Part shown: piece by piece, positions 58,130 through 64,000 of the stretch | How positions within the stretch are numbered: the stretch's first letter is position 1 | Layout: every line of letters starts with the position of its first letter | Origin: a candidate division WOR-3 bacterium | GTDB taxonomy: Bacteria > Hydrothermota > Tepidihabitantia > B3-TA06 | Length of the DNA stretch: 64,000 nt | Direction: 5' to 3' | NCBI GenBank assembly: GCA_965649265.1 | Contig: CBFGKC010000001.1 | Span: 13,119 to 77,118 of the forward strand | Notes under the pieces: generated by a model | The model's database searches: none | Told to the model about the DNA's origin: nothing | What the model saw: only the letters and a program-made list of their open reading frames with translations | Position numbers and translations under genes: made by a program

Positions 58130-58204
58130 ACTAGGGGTCCTATAGGGTGATTCTGAATAGGAAAATACTGACAGTATGAACTAGCCTTAGATAGCCCGAT
58201 TTGA

Positions 58205-58238
58205 AAAAGAGGCTCAGATTTATGCCTGAGCCTCTTTT
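58205..58238. terminator. Bidirectional terminator
   Basis: AAAAGAGGCTCAG-N8-CTGAGCCTCTTTT. Confidence 0.75.
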
Positions 58239-58259
58239 CATTTGTCTGAATTCTTTTTG

Positions 58260-61200
58260 TTACCTCACGAGCACGACCTTTGAGGTTGCTACTTTGCCGT
58301 CCTTGGGTACTGCCCGTACGAAGTAGACGCCCTTGGCCCATCCGTCGCAGTCAACGGGTGTCTCAATCCTTGCAAGCTTCTGGACGCCCTTAAGCTCTTG
58401 ACGTACTACCTGACGGCCCGAAACGTCGTATACCGTTATCATGCAGTCGCCGCCCGTCGTGAAGATGCTCAGTTTTGAACCTACAAGGATGTTATCCGGT
58501 ATTGACATCTTGAATACTGAAGGCGGTATGAACACTACAGGCTTGCCGTCGCTCTCCTGGTTGCCGCCTGAGCCGTTGTAGATTGCCCACTTGGGGCCGG
58601 TGAACGTTCCATGCTGGTACAGTTCCGCCGCTCCTGAGCCGTACTTGGTTACGTGTGCAAAATAGCTCTTGCCGTCGTATGCTGCGTCGAACCTCGTTGT
58701 CGTCCCGCCTGGCAATGTGCGTTTGTAGACGTTTCCCGAATCGGCGGTTACGTAACAAGTCCAAGTAACCTCGTTACCCCCTACTTGCGGGTAACGGTTA
58801 CGGCCTGAAACATTCGAAACCTGAGTAGCCGTCGAGAAAAGGTTGTCATTCGAGCGGGGTTTAGAGACAACGTATACCTTGTCGTTCGCGTTGAAAACAG
58901 CCAAGACTTCGGTAGTGTTGCTTTCAATGTCAAGGAAGGGAACTAAGGGTTCGCCTAAAGTATCGCTCTTGCTTGAGGCAAATTTGTACGGGCCATTCCA
59001 ACCTGAAGAGTTCTTCATAAAGTAGTAACAAGCTGAGGTATCGCCTTTCCTGCATCCGTAGGCTATGTAAATCCTGTTATACTGACTGTCAACCTCTATT
59101 GATGCACCAAGTATGCGGGTATCCTCAGTAAAGTCGGTGTCAAGGATTTCTTCGGCAAGATTCTCAGGTTTGGTTTTGAAAAACCGAGCGTAACAAAGTT
59201 TATCCTGCCCATTATCACGTGTAATGTAGGCAAGGTGAACGGTTCCTGGACCGTCAGTACCGCTGCCGGGGGGAACGGTTCCATCTATTCCGCCAGGATT
59301 TACGGTGCTGCCGTATGTTCCGTAGCCGTAGTCTATGGCAACAGGGCCGGGTATGCCGGAAAGATCGAGGGTGTCAAGAGGATATTTCCATGTAGTGTCT
59401 GGCCTTGGTTGTAAAATTCCGGCCACAACCGCCGAATCTATCGTTTCTTCTCTGTAACTGTAAAGGACTTTCGAACAAGAAGTGTCGAAAAACACAGCCA
59501 TAGGAGAATTGTTATTGTCAAGAGCAAGAGCAGGCCAGATGCCATAACCGATGCTATCGTAGTACAATGGTTGTGGTCCGACCATTTCAGCTTTGAACCA
59601 TATAAGCGAAGGATCATAGGTTTTAGTGTAGTAAATATGGCCTTTCAACGGGTAGATGAAATGGAAGGTGTCGTCCGAGTCGCAGATAAACTTACGTTGA
59701 GTGGTTCTATCCATTGCCACCTCTTCATCCGTCCAGATGCGACTGCGCCTTATACAAAGCTGAATTACGCCGGGGCTGGAATAATGTATGCCTTCAAGGC
59801 TCACGTGCGTTGGTAGATTTTGGAGGTGAAATCTCTCTACACTATTATCAGGATAAGTAAAATTGTATGTGTAAGTATACGGTGTTCTGTTATTATAGCC
59901 ATCTGAAGAGGGATTCATCAACGTATGAAACGCGGTCTTGTAAGCAGGATTGAAAAAATCTGAGGAGTCGCACATAGAGGCTTTGTTATTACTTGCCCAC
60001 CATCGTGTTTGAGAGGAGTCTGACCACCATGACCAACGGTCTATTCGATCCCAGCCCGCTTCGGTACCGAATGGTGATGGGCCGTTGCCGTAAAGGTTCT
60101 TTAGTCCTTCGGCGCATTCAAGGTCTTCGTACTTCGCTAATTCGTTGTTCATGTTGTCTGAGCACCAGAACCGGTCGTTTACGTGCCATACAAGAAGGCC
60201 ATCAGCTCCAGGTTTTGCGCCAAGCTCAAGCTCCTCAGGGAAACAACGGCCAAGCTCATCAAGCCAGTGGTCATCAGGCTGGTAGTTGGCAATAAGAAAA
60301 TACTCACGGAGAAGATTAGGCCAGGTGCATTCAACAGGTGGGTATCTTGTTATGCTGTCCACAGGTATCAAATAAGCCCTTCGCGTTTCGTCTGTAGTAG
60401 CTAAATTGAAATCACCAAGCGTCACGTTCTGCGAGTTCGTGTTTATCTCCATTGGTTTGAACCAGCCCAAGACCATGCGCTCCCAAGGGGTGTAAAGCTG
60501 GGCGTGTTTTATCCAGCAACCTAATTGCATTGCTGTATACTTCCCTGCTCCTCCCGAGCCATGATACGTTCCATAGTCGTACCTGTCGGGCAAAGCGTGT
60601 TCATAATCACCGTTAGATTGTTTAAGTGGATAATTAACTGTTTGTGAATTAAAATAATGACCTAGCTCGTGCAAACATCCGGCGCAAGTAACAAGAAGAT
60701 TTATACGATCTCCTGGGTCAAGGTCGTAATACGACATCGCTGAACCAATATTGACACGCTGAGTTACTGTTACGTATTTCGTGGTATCCTTATCCCATTT
60801 GTCATTCGTCTCAAAATATTCTTTATCCCCACTGCAATTCCTTACAAAGCCTTGGTTTGACGAATCTCTGTGAAAAACACCTAGTGAATCCTTGAATCCA
60901 AACCGTGCCGCTGGATTAAGCGGATCGATAAAAAAAAGGAAGTCAACTAATTTATCGTCCGTGGTGTCATAGTCGTTGAAATCAACGTAAGGGTCTATGG
61001 CATTGATTATATCCTTTTCAAATGTAAAAAGACGATCAGTTTTACAGGTATCAAGATACCATTCAAATGAATGCGGTGCCGTAATATATCTGCCGCCCAT
61101 CCCTGGATTGACTTCCCCAATCATCTTGAGGTTACCCCACGATGCGGTGTAAAGATAGTTTGAGATTGACCACTTATATTTGGGATTGTTAAGTAATTCC

Positions 61201-61430
61201 CAAGTGCATGGAGCAAGAAGGGAATCGTAAAATGGAGGATAATAAGTCGCAGTATCCTCAGGGAACTTTGAAATTAGTACGAGTACCTTTTGTGCCCCGG
61301 TATGTATTGAGCAATAAGAACTGGTATCTTGTCCTGGTTGTTGGTCAGGCTCCATCCACCATTCGTAGTTGGTTGCATGCAAAGACGAAAAGATGAGAAC
61401 GACGGCAAAAAACAGGGATTGTTTAATCAT
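58260..61430 (-). CDS. Secreted M6 (immune inhibitor A)-like metalloprotease with T9SS-like CTD
   Basis: Signal peptide; KVLVL...FP, HELGH...LPD.YD, M..G.W, WER..LGW, EYFLI.N, GLLVWHV; CTD GVYFV..KVVLVR. Confidence 0.88.
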   Translation of the reverse strand: MIKQSLFFAVVLIFSSLHATNYEWWMEPDQQPGQDTSSYCSIHTGAQKVLVLISKFPEDTATYYPPFYDSLLAPCTWELLNNPKYKWSISNYLYTASWGNLKMIGEVNPGMGGRYITAPHSFEWYLDTCKTDRLFTFEKDIINAIDPYVDFNDYDTTDDKLVDFLFFIDPLNPAARFGFKDSLGVFHRDSSNQGFVRNCSGDKEYFETNDKWDKDTTKYVTVTQRVNIGSAMSYYDLDPGDRINLLVTCAGCLHELGHYFNSQTVNYPLKQSNGDYEHALPDRYDYGTYHGSGGAGKYTAMQLGCWIKHAQLYTPWERMVLGWFKPMEINTNSQNVTLGDFNLATTDETRRAYLIPVDSITRYPPVECTWPNLLREYFLIANYQPDDHWLDELGRCFPEELELGAKPGADGLLVWHVNDRFWCSDNMNNELAKYEDLECAEGLKNLYGNGPSPFGTEAGWDRIDRWSWWSDSSQTRWWASNNKASMCDSSDFFNPAYKTAFHTLMNPSSDGYNNRTPYTYTYNFTYPDNSVERFHLQNLPTHVSLEGIHYSSPGVIQLCIRRSRIWTDEEVAMDRTTQRKFICDSDDTFHFIYPLKGHIYYTKTYDPSLIWFKAEMVGPQPLYYDSIGYGIWPALALDNNNSPMAVFFDTSCSKVLYSYREETIDSAVVAGILQPRPDTTWKYPLDTLDLSGIPGPVAIDYGYGTYGSTVNPGGIDGTVPPGSGTDGPGTVHLAYITRDNGQDKLCYARFFKTKPENLAEEILDTDFTEDTRILGASIEVDSQYNRIYIAYGCRKGDTSACYYFMKNSSGWNGPYKFASSKSDTLGEPLVPFLDIESNTTEVLAVFNANDKVYVVSKPRSNDNLFSTATQVSNVSGRNRYPQVGGNEVTWTCYVTADSGNVYKRTLPGGTTTRFDAAYDGKSYFAHVTKYGSGAAELYQHGTFTGPKWAIYNGSGGNQESDGKPVVFIPPSVFKMSIPDNILVGSKLSIFTTGGDCMITVYDVSGRQVVRQELKGVQKLARIETPVDCDGWAKGVYFVRAVPKDGKVATSKVVLVR

Positions 61431-61550
61431 CCACTCCTCCTTGAGAAAAGGTTGTTTATATTGGATGGATATTATGTAAAACTTAAAATTTGTCAAGAGG
61501 GTGAACTTTTTATGAGTTGACATGGAGCTTTCAAAGATTATACTTTTGTG

Positions 61551-62852
61551 ATGAGTCGTCTTTTTTGGTTTTCGCTTTGTGTGATGTTTACGAGCATTAA
61601 AGCTGATGGATGGATTCGAACTTATGGTCAGGGGTATGGCGACGGAGGTTATGCTGTAACCTGCTCGAACGACGGAGGATTCGTAATCGGGGGGCAGCAG
61701 GATTCCACTGGTGAATATTGCAATCTCTGGCTTATAAAAGCTGATTCTATGGGCGACACCTTATGGACGAGGATTTTTGACAGCGGTGGTGAAGATAGAG
61801 CCAGTTGCGTAATACAAACCAAAGAAGGAGACTACGTTGTAACCGGACACCTCGGGGTTGAGCCTTGCTTGATAAGAGTAAAACCCTACGGCGATACCGC
61901 ATGGATACATACTTATGGTTACGGCGGAGCCAACTGGGTAGAGCAAACCTCAGACGGAGGGTTTATCTTGACGGGCAGGATTGAAGACGCTTACCTTTGG
62001 ATTTTGAAAACCGATAACAACGGTGATACGTTGTGGAGCAAGTGGTATCAGTGGGGTACTTTCTCTGAAAACGGCAATTGCATTCGACAGACATTCGACG
62101 GGGGCTATATAGTAGCAACGAACATGGGGTTGTTGAAAACGGATGACAAAGGTGACAGCGTATGGATGCAGCCCTGGATAAGCAAGTGTGTTGAGCAGAC
62201 AACGGATTCCGGCTACATTCTTGCAACACAACACAATGGAGATATATGGCTAATCAAGACTGACTGGAAGGGTGATACGCTCTGGACAAAGACGTATGGA
62301 GGTAAGAAAGGGGAAACCGCCTATGCTGTTCACCAAACTAAAGATGGCGGTTACATTATTATTGGTAATACTGAATCATTCATGGATACTATTTATTCTG
62401 ATGTTTGGCTTGTAAAAACCGATGTAAATGGCGATACTCTTTGGACAAGAGCGATTGGAGGCAGCCGTTTCGATGAAGTCTATTCAGGCCAACAGACGAT
62501 GGATGGAGGTTTTATAATGACTGGCTGGGGTGCTTCTTATGGAGGAGGTGTTCTTCTAATCAAAACCGACTCGCTTGGCTATGTGGGTGTTGAGGAACCA
62601 GTAACAAAACCTGCCCAAACTGCCTGGCAGGTGGTTTCAGCAATCGGCTCGACCGTAACCTTGAGATATACAAACCTGCCCAAGGGGTTCCACGCCCTTG
62701 TGTTCGACGCTTCGGGCCGAAGGGTTGACGAAATACAGGCTCAGGGAGAATCGGGAACAATCACCTGGGGTCAAGGGAAAAACCCAGGAGTATATTTCAT
62801 TAAGACTAATTCCCCAAATTCTTTGACTGAAAAGGTCGTGTTGCTAAAATAA
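61551..62852 (+). CDS. Secreted repeat/beta-propeller protein with T9SS-like CTD
   Basis: Repeats QT.DGG(Y/F)I..G....WLIKTD..GDTLW...YG; CTD GVYFI..KVVLLK. Confidence 0.85.
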   Translation: MSRLFWFSLCVMFTSIKADGWIRTYGQGYGDGGYAVTCSNDGGFVIGGQQDSTGEYCNLWLIKADSMGDTLWTRIFDSGGEDRASCVIQTKEGDYVVTGHLGVEPCLIRVKPYGDTAWIHTYGYGGANWVEQTSDGGFILTGRIEDAYLWILKTDNNGDTLWSKWYQWGTFSENGNCIRQTFDGGYIVATNMGLLKTDDKGDSVWMQPWISKCVEQTTDSGYILATQHNGDIWLIKTDWKGDTLWTKTYGGKKGETAYAVHQTKDGGYIIIGNTESFMDTIYSDVWLVKTDVNGDTLWTRAIGGSRFDEVYSGQQTMDGGFIMTGWGASYGGGVLLIKTDSLGYVGVEEPVTKPAQTAWQVVSAIGSTVTLRYTNLPKGFHALVFDASGRRVDEIQAQGESGTITWGQGKNPGVYFIKTNSPNSLTEKVVLLK

Positions 62853-63103
62853 TCTAAAACACCAAAACCTCTGCAAACCTCTTAATTCCTGATACAAAAA
62901 ATTTCCCTTAAGTATGCAGCACGACCAAAAAACTGTGCCAATTTTGTGCCAACTTCTTGTACGAATCGTTGGAAAATCTAGAAAATCTGTGCATCATAGA
63001 CAAGGCGTAGTTATCCTGCAAGTCCAATAAAACACGCTGGTTACAACTTATGTCGACTACTGTCTACACTTACGGGAAAAGCGCTAAAAACGGCCTGAAA
63101 GAA

Positions 63104-63142
63104 TTACGAAAGCGTTGCTCTACCACTGAGCTACGTCGGCAA
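63104..63142 (-). repeat. att site: 5' half of tRNA-Thr
   Basis: Identical to 49470-49508. Confidence 0.92.
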
Positions 63143-63149
63143 GCGAGTG

Positions 63150-63177
63150 ATTTTATGTGCCTGGGGGTAATTGTCAA
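63150..63177 (-). promoter_or_regulatory. Likely native tRNA-Thr promoter, now facing the half-tRNA
   Basis: TTGACA-16-TAAAAT on the minus strand, 9 nt upstream of the GCCGAC tRNA 5' end. Confidence 0.7.
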
Positions 63178-63392
63178 CCAGTCCTGGTTCTTCGACTTTG
63201 ACGTGCAATTCAGATTGGTTGCCTTGTCTTGATCTTCAGCAAGGTCGGGGTTCATTAGGAGATTGACTCTATGCAATTCAACTGTTACGACCTCGCGAAG
63301 GAGACTCCTGATGGAACGGGTTGCGATTTCAAGGGAAACGCGTGCCTGGATCAACCGAAAACGCAGCGATGAGCTGAGTTTCAAGCTTTCGT

Positions 63393-64000
63393 TCACTTGT
63401 TAAAGCTTACGAGCTCGGTCTCGGTCCGTGTGGTTGTTATTGTATGATAAGAGCCCATAGTAAAATCAGAAATGTGGATGCTCCAACCGTAAACATAACC
63501 CACATCCAAGGCCCAACATTCGTATCCCTCCGTTTTACTCGATGATTTACCAATCTGGTTTTGATTCTTGAAGATGACCTTGAGACAGTTGGAATAACCA
63601 TTAACGTTCATTTTTTCGGGAGCGTTTTTTCTTGTGCTGTCATAGGGATTGAAACCAGTCAGTAACACATTCTGTGGAACAGGAGCAACAAGACAAGAAT
63701 CCATGATAATCGTATCCACAATTGACCATCCTAAGGAATCGTATAACTTTTTACGAGCCAAGTACGAAGACTGCTCAGAAGGCTTGAGAGCGGCAAACAG
63801 ATAGTCGCCGTCCATTCGAAGGTGTAATTGACCAAACCCGCCAGGATTTTCAGTGTCATCTGAACTGTAAGTAACAAACACCGTCCAGTAATCGCGACCT
63901 TTAATCTGGATTTTCCCGGTTATCTTCGCGTTGAATTCCGCTGTCGTAACCGTCGTATCCACCGTTCCTTCTATGCAGTCTTTTTCATTCTCCGTTCTTG
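63393..64000 (-). CDS. Hypothetical protein, 5' end probably outside the window
   Basis: Open frame reaching toward the window edge; E.WA.DVG.V beta-rich motif. Confidence 0.55.
   Translation of the reverse strand, partial: RTENEKDCIEGTVDTTVTTAEFNAKITGKIQIKGRDYWTVFVTYSSDDTENPGGFGQLHLRMDGDYLFAALKPSEQSSYLARKKLYDSLGWSIVDTIIMDSCLVAPVPQNVLLTGFNPYDSTRKNAPEKMNVNGYSNCLKVIFKNQNQIGKSSSKTEGYECWALDVGYVYGWSIHISDFTMGSYHTITTTRTETELVSFNK

Larger units (their letters stand above)
49470..63142. mobile_element. Integrative element in tRNA-Thr, bounded by 39-bp direct repeats
   Basis: TTACGAAAGCGTTGCTCTACCACTGAGCTACGTCGGCAA at 49470-49508 and 63104-63142; integrase adjacent; AT-richer cargo. Confidence 0.92.

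Overview
Bacterial chromosomal window. Sec-exported proteins ending in FlgD-Ig/T9SS-like C-terminal domains (CTDs) are abundant, which suggests an FCB-related lineage such as WOR-3; this is an inference. 1-15.4 kb: two radical SAM genes, two tandem paralog arrays of secreted CTD proteins, lexA with a clear palindromic operator, a two-repeat beta-barrel protein, and an aromatic amino-acid ammonia-lyase with Ala-Cys-Gly at the MIO site. 15.5-42.5 kb: a rearranged Mu-like phage-derived locus. A near-complete head plus contractile-tail block lies on the minus strand. A repressor/gam/holin/portal block lies beyond an intervening array of lipoprotein and outer-membrane genes. No terminase, transposase, gpF or endolysin is recognisable in the window, so this is the main candidate for a domesticated particle system. 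42.5-49.4 kb: Fic, TolB-like, glyQS and HD-domain genes. 49.47-63.14 kb: a ~13.6 kb tyrosine-integrase element inserted in tRNA-Thr(CGT) with duplication of the 5' half of the tRNA. It carries an HUH Rep, a membrane-anchored pair of STAND-like ATPases and a secreted M6-like metalloprotease. All calls come from reading motifs by eye; no database searches were run.
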